A DNA stretch of 64,000 bases from Ophelia neglecta (lineage: Eukaryota), in NCBI GenBank assembly GCA_965285935.1, contig OZ260662.1, positions 90,644,001 to 90,708,000 on the forward strand. Direction: 5' to 3'. The notes under the pieces are model-generated. The model saw only the letters and a program-made list of their open reading frames with translations, had not been told where the DNA came from and made no database searches. The position numbers and the translations under genes are program-made. Below, piece after piece: positions 28,401 through 40,212 of the stretch. How positions within the stretch are numbered: the first letter of the stretch is position 1; each line of letters opens with the position of its first letter.

Positions 28401-29673
28401 ACGACAGAACAACGAGATTACATTACGCTGCAAAGGAGGGGAAGAGAGTTGGAAACTACAATGTACTGGAACTGTCTGGCAAGGAAATATGGGCAACTGT
28501 TCTCAATGTATGCACATATGTAAAATTAAATTAATGAAATAAAATGCTAATAGCCTACACAGCCAAGCAACTTGTTGAATATGGCTAAATGGGGTAGGCT
28601 AAATATAGCAGTTTGTAGAGAAAAAAATAACGGTTATTTAGTTATTTCATGTTTGTGCCATCGATCATAGGAAGTGTATCATACTTGTTGTTTTTTTCTA
28701 TCCATTTCCAATCTGTTTGTTCTCTTTTTGCAGATCTGACCATGGTCAGTAGTGAAAGAAGAATGGGAAAAGGCGGCCTTACACGTCGTAAGAATGTTTT
28801 TATTTAAATTATGACCAGATCAATATATTTATAGAATGGTGTTGAACCAAATGTAAGCTCCGTTCTATTCGATCTTAAATCGTGCCATGCATGTCCAGAG
28901 TATTCAGCACTGTACATACGATATTGAAGGCTAATATTTTTTTTCTGAATAAGATTAATAATAGTATTTTAAGACTGAGAATAAAAGTGTGTCACGTGTT
29001 TGCCTTCTTTCCAGCCTTAGTAATTACCACTGTGTGCGGTATTGCCTTCATAGTCGGTGTGATAGTATTACTACTTGGTATCATGTTGTTCAGAAGGTAA
29101 GTAGTATTATCTGCTAAACAAACATGTGGATTGGTGTCCTCTTTGAAGAAGTATTTAAGGTTATATTGCTATCGTAATAAATCTAGTCACCTGTGGCCCA
29201 TACTTCTCCGCTTTACCGTCCAGACCTGCCGACTGTAGCGTGCACGTTTAAGCTAAAGTGGGTAGAGGTAAATTGCGGTTTTTTATATTTATGATCATAT
29301 TACCAGATACCGTCGATACGGCGACGAGGTACCGCCGGTTTCCCCTAAAAGCACGGAGGAAAGCGAGGTCCACGACGAGGAGGTGTACCTCAAGCCGTCA
29401 AACGGTACCGAGGCCGGCACCTACCACAAGTCTAACCACCTCATCCAGCGTGAGGGCACTTACTCCCGGCCGGAGGCGCAGTACCAGAAACCAGAGGGAC
29501 CGTATCACAAACCAGAGAGCGATTATCAAAGACCTGCTGGACACTATCAGAAAACCGAGGGAAAGTATCAAAAGGCTAATAGTCTGCAGGAGAGTGTCAA
29601 TCAGATCGGGGATAAAGGCAAGAATGAATACACGCACATCTGGGAGATGCCCCTACCCACACCAGGAGAGTAG
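10394..29673 (+). CDS. Gene 1 (7 coding exons, 473 aa): type I membrane receptor, signal peptide + SUEL-type lectin + CUB-like + Sushi-like + TM + Tyr-rich cytoplasmic tail
   Basis: Exons of 85+282+399+153+54+82+367 nt = 1422 nt join into one frame ending at TAG 29671-29673. All introns are GT-AG with matching phases (1,1,1,1,1,2). The exon 1 link across a 15.5-kb intron is inferred from phase and signal peptide. Confidence 0.85.
17724..17920. mobile_element. MITE family A copy 2
   Basis: CAGTGGCGGATTTAGG...CCTGGGTTCGCCACTG terminal inverted repeats, subterminal G/C runs, AGTTT duplicated on both sides. Confidence 0.9.
26000..26281 (+). CDS. Gene 1 exon 2, SUEL/Gal_lectin (rhamnose-binding-lectin-type) domain
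   Basis: ttctgtttcag acceptor, G|GTATAA donor. LREYCEGETFRARCAYDEVILMQRAIYGRMRLGRC...RCSGRRECEI...QPCLELKSYLEASFTCIK has 8 Cys and the YGR and PC..YLE..C pattern of SUEL domains. GC-rich third codon positions. Confidence 0.93.
27743..28141 (+). CDS. Gene 1 exon 3, CUB-like domain
   Basis: tgttttag acceptor, G|GTGAGG donor. GYIAS..PWLIEALPGQRINITLLDF...CQKYAVI...VCGG...SNSNVLEI...FLLKYE matches CUB beta-strand motifs and aligns with gene 2 exons. Confidence 0.9.
28355..28507 (+). CDS. Gene 1 exon 4, Sushi/CCP-like module
   Basis: ttttcctcctgaag acceptor, T|GTATGC donor. VIGCPDP...LRCKGG...LQCTGTVWQGNMGNCSQ has 4 Cys with C..P and C-x4-W-x6-C spacing as in CCP modules. Confidence 0.82.
28734..28787 (+). 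CDS. Gene 1 exon 5, 54-nt stalk (YLTMVSSERRMGKGGLTR)
   Basis: Long pyrimidine tract ending tttttgcag, donor C|GTAAGA; phase 1-1 preserves the frame. Confidence 0.75.
29015..29096 (+). CDS. Gene 1 exon 6, transmembrane helix (PLVITTVCGIAFIVGVIVLLLGIMLFRR)
   Basis: ttctttccag acceptor, AG|GTAAGT donor (phase 2); about 25 hydrophobic residues followed by a basic stop-transfer RRYRR. Confidence 0.88.
29307..29673 (+). CDS. Gene 1 exon 7, cytoplasmic tail with tandem Tyr heptads and terminal YTHIWEMPLPTPGE
   Basis: attaccag acceptor, phase 2 (AG+A=Arg), in frame with ORF 29383..29673; ends at TAG. Confidence 0.87.
29452..29577 (+). repeat. Coding 21-bp repeat x6 (Tyr heptads) in gene 1 tail
   Basis: EGTYSRP EAQYQKP EGPYHKP ESDYQRP AGHYQKT EGKYQKA. 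Confidence 0.9.
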
Positions 29674-30212
29674 CTAGAATAATGACAGGACTTCTTTGAC
29701 TGACACCAAAGGTATTATATCAGCGAGGCAGGCTTCCTTCTGATTTGTCTTTTAACGTTTCTTTCTTTGTCATATAGCCATGAGACTATTAAAGTCACCT
29801 TAGATAGGAGAGCAAATGTTATCATTAAAGTTTTTTAAAAATTATGAGGCTGGCCTCAGTTAATAGAATCCTATAAAGATCACACTATTCTCACAATATT
29901 GTATTTAAATGTGTTTTGCAACAAATTAAATTAAATCATATCATACAAAGAAAAATTCAGAAAAAGCAATTCTGTGACGTCATCTGTCCAGAAGATTAGT
30001 GTTATCTGAAAATAATTCTGTTGCGTTTTTTTTTACATTTATCTGACAAATTTGCGCAATATAATTAACTGGCTATTCAAAACATTCATTCAGGTTCTGT
30101 CACCTTATTGAGATATTTCATCAAGTAAGATGTATATTATTTTGTCGACAGTTCAACCCTACATCTATCTAATAAGCGTATCATTCATGTAGGCAGCAGA
30201 TTTTACTTGAAA

Positions 30213-30282
30213 TGTCTCTGTCTCTGTCTCTCTCTTTCTCTCTCTCTCTCACACACCCACACACACTCTGTCTCTGTCTCCT
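30213..30282. repeat. Compound (TCTCTG)/(CT)n/(CA)n microsatellite
   Basis: Directly visible. Confidence 0.9.
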
Positions 30283-30308
30283 CCCGAATTGTTTCAATGA
30301 TACATGTA

Positions 30309-30447
30309 NNNNNNNNNNNNNNNNNNNNNNNNNNNNNNNNNNNNNNNNNNNNNNNNNNNNNNNNNNNNNNNNNNNNNNNNNNNNNNNNNNNNNNNNNNNN
30401 NNNNNNNNNNNNNNNNNNNNNNNNNNNNNNNNNNNNNNNNNNNNNNN
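30309..30447. other. Assembly gap
   Basis: Run of N. Confidence 1.
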
Positions 30448-30699
30448 TTTAATTTTCCCGGACATGATCCTCAAATTTGTGGGTGAAATACTTAATTGTA
30501 TGCTCCAGCCATTTTTCAAACCTAACAGCTGCCATGTAACATAAAGATAGAGCATATACACGGGCATTAGTAAAGGGCATTCAATTAACGACTTAATTTC
30601 TTATGTATTTGCAAATAATAACATCGCATAACTTGATATTTGGTGATGTTCGAAAAGAAAGTCCACTTTAATTTGGAGACTGTTAGACCGGTGGCTCCT

Positions 30700-30890
30700 T
30701 CGGGTCGGGTGGGCAGGGGTCTGGGGGCAAATGGGAAGGGCTCAGTCTTGGTGCAATGTGAAGGATGCCAGTGGGAAGAACCCTGGGAGCCAGTGGGAAG
30801 TGCTCTGAGGGCCAGTGAAAAGGACCCTGGGGGCCTATGGAGAGGACCCTGGGGCCAGTGAGAAGGGCTCAGTCCGGGGCCAATGGAATG
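30700..30890. repeat. Degenerate ~22-bp G-rich tandem repeat
   Basis: GCCAGTGGGAAG(G/A)ACCCTGGG-like units starting at 30767, 30789, 30811, 30833 and 30854. Confidence 0.75.
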
Positions 30891-33800
30891 GATCAGACAT
30901 AAAAAATCTTCGACAGGTTCCCTGCTGAAATGGAGGCAGGAAAAAGGGGGCCGTAGTATAATATTATATAATGTCGTGGCCCATCGCCTGCACATCTGCC
31001 AGGTTTAAACCCTCAATGTCTTATCTCGAACCATTGTCCTTAATGTAAAGGTACCAAAGCCAGGTGGGGTGATTTCGGTTGGTGTCTGCTCGATGTGTGC
31101 TGATCATGATTCATAGCTTCGTGCCATTTATACGTATCATTATACAATACCAGCATGTAAGTCGTCATAATAAGTATATCCGCTGGCATTCAAGTGTCGT
31201 TTAACTACTTATTCGAAGTTAGTAAAATCGCTTGCGAGCCCATTGTAAGTTTAGGAGTTATTCAATAATACTACATTATGCCACTGTCAAAGCGCCGGCA
31301 CTAACGGTCAAAACTGTATGGAACATCAGCGCATGTTATGATAAAAGGCAGGAATGAGTACACGCAACAATATTAAACTTTCGGAAACGTCATAAACATT
31401 TGAACATAAGAAGTGTAATTGTCATCAAATAATTCTCTGTGCAGAAGATTAAAATATGCAAAAAGGAACATCGGCAAGATGTTCGCAAACATTCCTTGTA
31501 GCCTAATGTTTGGTAGTATTAATAACAGTTCTTCCCTATTCTACTGGCGGAGTGCCTCAGCATCTGTGGGGTCCCGTTGAACTTAGCGTAAGTGCCCAAG
31601 AGCCTCCGATGTTATCGCTCGGCACACGTATTAAATTTTATTGATATGACTGCACCGTGCTAACTTAAACTAGTCAGACCTATAATGGCGGTGATGATAA
31701 CTATAATTATTATAGCGGTCCACTGAGGGCACAAATGTGAATTCCATGTTGATATAGATGTCTAAGCTCCTGCAGTATAGTCTTGTAGATCGTACGTTTG
31801 AGTATCGTCTGGTAACCGTGTCCTTATGTTTTCTGTTTTTATAAACTATTGTACTAATTAACAGAGAAACATTTTATGTTAGGACTGACCCCTATATATG
31901 TTGGTTTATGAAGTATGCCAAAGAATAAACTGTTGCTTATATGCTTTTGAAATAAAGATATTTTATTATAACATCATTCTTGTTTCGTTTTTTGTGTGTA
32001 TATTTTATCTTCCAAAACTGTTAAAACAAGTTACTGGCAAAGTCATAATGCGGGGAGAGTTTTTATAAAGGTAGGACATGAGAGATCAACAAAGCAACAC
32101 CCTGTTGAAAGCAGTAAAATATAGGCAGGTTACAAGTGGTTTACGCGTTGAGGAAATGCCTTGTGTGGTCTTAATGCGAAACATTTTCGTAACTATTTAC
32201 TCATAAGGACATATTGGGTTTTCTAGTAGTGTTCATGTTTTACACGTGTCATAGTTGGATGCTATTTAAATAATATTTTATTGTGTTAATGCCAAAATGT
32301 CATATGCTGTTTTCTACCCCCATACCATATCCATTTCATAAGGTCAGAGAAATACTTTATGTAATATTTAAACAACGTACCCACATCTTCTACAACACTC
32401 ATGACCAGCAACGTACAGTGTATACTATGCTTATCTCCTGGTTTATTTGTGTGAAGCTTAGGAGGTAATTGGCTGCTTGTGCCATTTATGTTGGTGTATA
32501 TCTTCTTAGCTTATCTGTTTTTGAGAGGAGTAAATCATAATTAGTGAAGACGGGCAAAAAGTCGAAGAAAAAAATGGCTGTGGGAATATTGTTATGGGCA
32601 TAGTTAGCAACATGTGCATAGGCTACGGTCATTTTATCATTTTGTAATTTCAAATTGTTGTAGTTAAAAAGATTTCTTTAGTCTTTATTTCACACTGCTA
32701 CTGCTAAGCGTAGTTTGAGTTTCCTTAAGAGGAGTCACAAGATTTTGGGCCAATAAAGTAGCAGAAGATGTGTAACGTTTCTTCTTAGAGTGAATTGTTC
32801 CATTGCCAATACGAATAATATTCTGTGAGTGTCACTCTGTTAACCCAACGAACGATTTTTAATTTAACACGCGTAGTCAGTTAAAGGAAGGCAGTTCCCA
32901 AATACGAAAATGACTCCTACCGCCCATGTGACAATACGATAGGTCCGGTTTACTGGATAAGTAGTATGCTTGGTTGCCATATAGAAATAAAAACGGAGCT
33001 ATACTACCTATCATAACATGAACGTCGAGTTGTCGACAAATACATTAACGCTACTGCCATCAACTATGTCCAGTGAAAAGTACGCTTTTCCCTATATGAA
33101 ATATTTATACATATTTATTAGTAACCAGTGAATGGGCTAGATAAATAAAATTTCGTATATTAAATGAATGATAAAAATTAACTCTCTTTGAAAAATGTGT
33201 CCCTACAACATTGAAAACTTGAAGTAACTATATTTTTTACAACATTTCCCATAGGCCTACTAACCGGTTATTATAGTTTATTATGCATTAAAAAGTCAAT
33301 ATTGAAACGTTGACGTGATTTAAATGGCACACAATTCCCTTGGGAAATGACTCGGCTAGCTCCTGGAATTAACAACTCTGGAGCTTCGTCTTTCTACCGT
33401 CGGTCCTTGTTGAAAACCAAATATGTATTGCACTGCTGCATATTTGTTTTACTTGTACAAACTCTGTTGATTCGCAAACATGTCAGATTTCGAGGTAAAT
33501 TTTCATGGCAATTTATGTTTTTTAAATGGGACTATTGTATTGTTAAAGGCGCGGGCATGCCATCGAGGTCGTTCTGCTTTTGAAAGAGTGAAGCGAGGCA
33601 TTATTGAACACCCCACAAATCTGACAACTCTAGCACCTTAACATAATGCCGCCTTGAAAGCAAAACGCCTTGTACTACTGGCCGGAGAGAAGATTGTTAA
33701 TAACATATATATATATAAATTACAGATGACGATTATTGGCTAAACGAATATATTTGTCTTGAACCACACGAACATCTCCCCCCCCCCCCCCCCCCAACTC

Positions 33801-35044
33801 TGCCTTAAAAGGGCAAATGACCACTGGCGTTTCATCCTAAAATGAAATATATATAACTGCTGTCACGATATGCATGTCATACAGCAAATCTCGCTGCTAA
33901 ACAAAGAATGCCTTTTCTGGAGTTACTAATAAATTAATAATTAATTAACTGCTTTAATGATGATAAATAAAACAAATTAAAAGCCATCCGACGGCGCATT
34001 TGCTTGTACAAACGAACGTATAAATGTTCATACATTTTATGTTGAATACAAACAACCTAACTATTGTGTCAACGGGTATAATGCCTGGGAGTTCATTGGG
34101 TGTTGACTGTTAGAAGAAATAAAATGTAGAACTTATATCACAATTTAGCATTAAGTTCCTTCTCACCCATGCCTCACAATGTAAAATGTAGCTTTTGCAG
34201 CCATCAACGCCATTTTTATTATGATAAAGGGGACTTGGAGTGCGGAGTTAGTCTTGCTGTGGGTGGTTTAATTTTCACACGGCTAGCTCCTGCTCCCATG
34301 TGGTCTCTAGCACAGCCCATGCCTGTCGGCCTTTTGGTCCTCTAACCGCAGACACAGGCAGAGATAAATCATAGACGCCTCACCAAAATTGATTAGAGGG
34401 TCGCGAGGGATGGCGACGATATTAAACGGAGGCGTGAAACAGCACTGCGGTTAGTGTGCAGGTGGGCCCTTAAAATGTCTATTTAAATTTCCTCCATGCT
34501 TTGTTTTAAACGTTATTACTCTGATACGTAGAAGCTCAGCATTGTGCAAACAGAAAAAACTAACAATATTACGCACCGCTATAAACAGAACAGTATTTTC
34601 CAGTCGCTTGTGTGGTCTCAATTCACTGGTTTCACTGTAAAAATACCGCAAAGGTCCATTTTTATTGTTGAGTCGGCTTCTTGCACTTGCTATGAAATGA
34701 TGCGGAGGATGGATCATGTTCGTATGTGCTGTGTGTACCTGAGGACATAATCGTGTGGTTTCAAAGTCCTTTGCTATTTAAACATAACAAGTACATGTAC
34801 GTGCATTTTAAATTAAACTTTTCACAAGGCTCAAATGTTGTGGCACATTTGGTAGCTGTACGTCGCTGTTAAATGATTTTTTATAACAATATGACCTGGG
34901 TTATTTAATGAAGTTTGGGTATGTCATGTAGATACTCCCTATACACTTATAACAGTTAAATTCATTACCACTCTTTTTATCACAAAAGTTTAGATTTCGT
35001 TTTACATCCTTCTCTGTTCTGTGCTTCCAGACACATTTGTCTAC

Positions 35045-35339
35045 AAGTGGCGGATTAAGGGGGGGGGCAGGGGGCCCGCTCCCTCCCCCCCCCTTTTTGC
35101 AAAAAAAGGGCCTGAACCAGGGCCTATTTCTGGACAGTGGCGGATTAAGGGGGCCCAGAGGTCCCGCCTCCCCCCTTTTACCAAAAAGTGGGCCAAACCA
35201 GGGCCTATTTCCGGACCCACGCAAGGTGGTTTCAGAGGGTTGGTAAGGGGGCAATCCAGACATTTGCCTCGGCAGCCTTAGAAAATTTGCCCCCCCCCCC
35301 AACCCCCACCCCCTTCCTGAAATCTTGGATCCGCCACTG
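35045..35339. mobile_element. MITE family A copy 3 with duplicated left arm
   Basis: (A)AGTGGCGGATTAAGG at 35045 and CAGTGGCGGATTAAGG again at 35135; right TIR GGATCCGCCACTG; TCTAC duplicated on both sides. Confidence 0.88.
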
Positions 35340-38050
35340 TCTACAGTTCCACATCTAACACATAGGAGAGAGCCTAGTCCATCATACACTCTCCTGGGGT
35401 GTATTTCATACCTGTCCCACGTTTACCACTGTAAGGATACCTTCTGTGCTCTCATTCGCTGCATGGCAGTCTTTGTGAGCTTGCAGCTGACGGCTTCTAC
35501 ACTGTAGTGATTTCGGACCCATTTATTCCACCATCCTCGATATTGGACTTGTTTTCTCTCCCTGGTATCCACTTCTTTCTTTCATTAAACTAATGCTTTA
35601 ATGTCTACAAGAATGTATTATAAGATTTTATTTGGGTGATAAAATGCATGCAGGGTGCTCCAGTAACATAAGGTATTAAGGAACCTACCTCTTCAAAATA
35701 TTGATTTCATGTTTAAGTAACGTTAAAACTGCTACAAAAGCCAAAATGTTTTAGTCTGAACGCAGATTGTGAATTTGGTTCTTCAGCCTTTGATGATTGG
35801 TTTGTACAATCGGTTGAGCATTTTATATATTGTACAACAAAATTACTCTTGCAAAATAGCCTGAAGAGGGTATCTCTAAGTCCCTCTGGCAAGAGTAAAA
35901 TGTCTCTTAATTAAAATAAAAAGGTTGAGAAAAGTAGCGCCGATGTTTCTGACCGAGTTACAGGTAGCAAAATTCTTGTTCCAAAATTTTTAAATGACCA
36001 AAAACATGATAGTCGAATCGCCTGCGTACAAGTGAAAATCCATTTCATGCGTTGTCAATAAATCACCCAAGAACGGGCTTTACATGTGTAAATAGGAACG
36101 TACACGAGGCACTACTTTGGAGAACCTAAAAGAAAACAAGTAGCTGAGGTATGATGATTACATATCAATATTGATGTATTGTTTGACAAGAAGAAGAAGG
36201 TCAACACGTTAAAGATGCTCCCTTCCATATTAATTCTATTTTCAATTCCATTTTTAATAACTTTTTTTTTATCTGATGTAATGCAGATGATTTGTTTAAT
36301 AGTACAAATTAAAAACTTTGTTAATCAACGCTACAATGGATACAGCATCCTATAGTCGTGAATAAGGTCTCCCTTTTCTATAAATTTATTAGTTTTACAC
36401 ACAGTCTGGGATTTTTTATTAAAATTAAATGCAGATGTTCAACTAATCTGTATGCAAACAAAGCGTTTCAGCACTATTTAACGGGTACGTTTATTGGAGT
36501 TTCTTCCTGCTTCAAGACGTTGAGGTCATCGGACCTCCTGGCTATTACGTATACTGTACCCACCTCTTCCTCCTGTTGTTGGTCGGTCCACATTACATAG
36601 TTAACATGATATTGTACTATCGGGGAGATTTTATACCCCTTTGCCTCTGATGTATGGAGGAACCTTGTTACGTCCCTCTTCAATCTTATGTTTATTGAGT
36701 CAATTTCATCTTTAGTTCCTAACATTATGAGAAAGCCTGGACCACCACAGACTCTTCCGGGGGCATATTTCATCTCTGTCCTACCATAGTCCGACTAGTT
36801 GTTTTATGCTCTGTCTTGCATCATGGAAAACTTATAACAGCTTCACACTTCAAGTGATATACGTTTATGTTTCCATTTTCTAAGATCCATTACACGTTTA
36901 TTTCCTGTTTGGGAGCTGGGACTGGTGTATGTGGGCTTGTGGCTCTTGTGGCGGCTGGTTCTTGGTGTTTTCGTTCCGATTTATTGCACTTTTAATGATT
37001 ATTGATTTCACATTGTCTGCCAGGTTTCCACTCCCTTTTTTACATAGTATTTGAACGTCACCGGGCCTGGATACCTTGGTTCTGATGGCTGCCAACCTCT
37101 CGGGGTTTGGAGCTAACTGGGCTTTCCTCTCAGTCTCTTAGTACGTAGCCTACCAGTATCTAATAAGTTCTTACTATTTTTCTTCCTCCACATCGACCTT
37201 TGCCTTCTGCTATTGCTTCAGCTTCTGAATTGGGTCTCTCACTTTTGCTCTTTGACCTTTTACGGGGTATGCCAGTTTGATTGCATTTGCTTCCTTGCGA
37301 GTGGCTTGTTATTTTAATATATGTATGGGTCAGGAAAACGTAATAATATTTCTGCGATCTGCTTGTTACTAAGACGAGACTGAATAAAAGCCCCCCTTAT
37401 ATTAGGCTGCGGTAGTTTTAGCTTGGGGTAACTTGAACTAGTCAATAGTAATTTCCTTTGCCCGACTTGAATTATAAAGATGACACTTTGATCAATTCCA
37501 TAAAAGTGTTTGCTACGTTCAAATGATCAAAGAAGTGTTTGCCATGGGGAAATTTCGTCTTGCATGTGGTTCATCCATGCACGATGACTTGTAAAGAAAT
37601 GTAACCTGATCTAAATATTTATCAATTATGTGCTTATTCACTATTTGAAACGTATCTATAATTCCAAATATAAAGGCACTTAGACCTAAAGGTGACCACT
37701 GACTGCTTTGTTTTGTGTTGTGACTCGCATCAGTGAAATCTTTGGACCCCTCTCATTGCAATTGAGTGATATCAATTTCTTTATTATTTTTGTTTACTGT
37801 TTAGAGCTGGGGATTGACGTATGTGAGCCCGTAGCTGGTGGTTCGTAATAATGATTTCTAGCCGATTAAATTGAATATTCTTGACGTATTATTTTGCTTT
37901 ATCTGCCTGGTGTCAACTCCGGTTTTTTAAGAAGCAATATTTTTATTCTTGTTGCGATTATTAAGCAAATCCTGTGATTGTGGTGTCCAGAATCTTGGAA
38001 ACAGTTTCCTGACAGATTCTGGCAGGGGGAAGATAATAATGAAATTCTAA

Positions 38051-38231
38051 CAGTGGAACTTGTTTGTTTAGGTCGGCCAAGGGAATTGCTAATAGTGACC
38101 AAATTAGAAAGGGGGCCTGACTAGACAGGTTGATTTACATGGTCCTAAATGGAAAAAGGGGGCTAAAAAGAATTACCTTAAATAAACCGGTGACCTTATT
38201 ACACAGGTGACCGCTACGACAGGTTTCGCAG
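38051..38231. mobile_element. Degenerate family-B-related MITE
   Basis: CAGTGGAACTTGT...ACAGGTTTCGCAG|TA imperfect TIRs, similar length, internal (A)GGTGACC repeats analogous to AGGTGGTC. Confidence 0.55.
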
Positions 38232-40142
38232 TATTAACCATATGCGATCAAGAAAGCAAGGGCTTGTCATAGTTTCTTTTCTCTAGGGAGACTGATAATT
38301 GAAACGAATTGGTCATACCAAATGTTAACTTTTGAGATTATGCAATTTTTAAACACAGGTAGTATGTTTAGTAATAATACAAGGACTTATAGTTAGTAAC
38401 ATGTGCCTCAGACTTGATAAATGCACCAGTATCATTTATTACGTAGGTCATTTTAATACTTATAGTAGCTTGTTATAACTCAGTGCTCTTTATTGAGTGA
38501 TTGCCATTGATGCACATCAAAAATGGTATTCTTAGGAAATCACGGTTTTTATGTTTTTTTTATGTTTCAGTCCTCAACTTTCGTAATGTTAGGCTTCATA
38601 TATTATGTATATTAAATATATATATATAGTCATGGATAAAAATAAGCTATGAGAATATTATGACATCGGCCACAGACAAAGCTCGAGAGTGGGCGTTAAA
38701 CTGAATCCCTCATCCTGAAGAGAAAGATATAGTGCTGTTTAATATGGCAGCCACATACATATATTTTGGCCTTTGGAGAGTGATACTGTTGGTAGTTATC
38801 GTTGGAAAACTGGGCAGTGGCATCAAAAAAAAAACTGAATAACATAGACTGCACAAAATACGTTTTTGAATATAAAAATGCATTAGAATAGGTCTCTGCT
38901 GGGAATTTAGCCATGTAATCCTGATCAATACGCACGTCGGCCATCTCTAGCTAGACTATATATTTATTTCCGAATAACAATAGAGCACGAGGAAATGCCA
39001 TCTCTAGTAGGCCAAAATTCTATGTTTTAACTGTCCATGGCAGAGTCACTGATGTGTGCCAAGTCAATTTTTCTCTATTTACTTTGCTCAGTGCCTTTGA
39101 GCCAAAGATTCAATTTGCTCAAGATTATTTTAGCGAATTCGCCGCCGGCACGCAGTGGCTAGTCAGTAGTCAAGAGGGCGAGAACCCTACACCGCGAGAA
39201 GTCGGGAGTAAACGACATCCCGCCTCAATTACGTGCTGGTCTCACGTGGCGAGCGGCTGTCGGGAAGAAGACGAGGTGATGGGCAGCTCAGAAAGCGGTG
39301 TAAATCGATTGGCAGGGAAGTTAAGCGTTAATATCCCCGAGGGTGTCTAGGACAAGAGCTCTGACACGGAAGGAGAGTTGTCTTTCATCTCTGCTGGTTG
39401 GCCGGGTAGGGGTTTGGTGATAGGCCACCTCACGCCCCAAGGCTCCCGTTTAAGCGACGTTTCCTGCATATGAAGGGGACGAATATCGAAAAACTGCCAG
39501 GCTTGTACTTCTGCAGATCATATAGCCCACACAATTTCGAATGGTTATCAGCAGATTTGGAAAACAATCTGTTATAGTGTCAGTCATGCTTCGCAGAGTT
39601 TAAGGGCGACACGGGTGTTTAAATCGAAGTCAAATTAAGAAAATGGACGCCATTATAACCCTTTAACATTTAATAGTCTGGCCAAATAAAAATATAAACA
39701 GAAAAATGCCAAGTCAATAAGCCCCAAGGCACGTCAGCCACTACCATTCAAACTTAATGGTCAAACGTTGAATTTATCAAAATTAAAAGTCATTGTTATT
39801 CTATCAATATATCACGCACAGGAAATACACAATTTGCAATTATATTAACGTAGCACCATTCAGCTCTGATCAATTGAAGTTCAATCCAAATCAGAATCAG
39901 ATCTGATTATAAGACACCCAGTTATATATCCTCGTGCAAGTAACAGTCCTATTTCTGTGTCAATGTCCTATAGGTGGGTGTCTCTGGGCTTGGTCCAAGT
40001 CCAAGGTCATTGCAACAGATTGAGCTGAATAGTATAATACTTTGTATAAAACAGTGGTCAGTTTATGATAATTTGGACATAAAATTAGGAGAACCATAGG
40101 TTATTTAGACAACGGCGATCTGCTTACATTTTGCTTTATGAC

Positions 40143-40212
40143 ATGTTATAATATGTTATCATATGCGTTATTATACGTTATGATACGTTATGATACTTTA
40201 TAATATGTTAAT
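40143..40212. repeat. Short degenerate ~10-bp tandem repeat (ATACGTTATG-like)
   Basis: atgttataat atgttatcat ... atacgttatg atacgttatg atactttata atatgtta. Confidence 0.7.

Noticed and set aside
29258-29677. Overlapping 139-aa Arg-rich ORF and antisense ORF 29398..29637
   Set aside because: Shadow frames of gene 1 exon 7; the splice phase selects the Tyr-repeat frame.
30181-30567. ORFs spanning N runs (also 40379-40797)
   Set aside because: Artefacts of assembly gaps.
33347-33494. Candidate first exon of gene 2 (hydrophobic VLHCCIFVLLVQTLLI, phase-1 donor G|GTAAAT)
   Set aside because: The hydrophobic stretch starts about 27 aa from the Met with no clear cleavage site, and it needs a 28-kb intron across a gap. 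Cannot be supported without RNA data.
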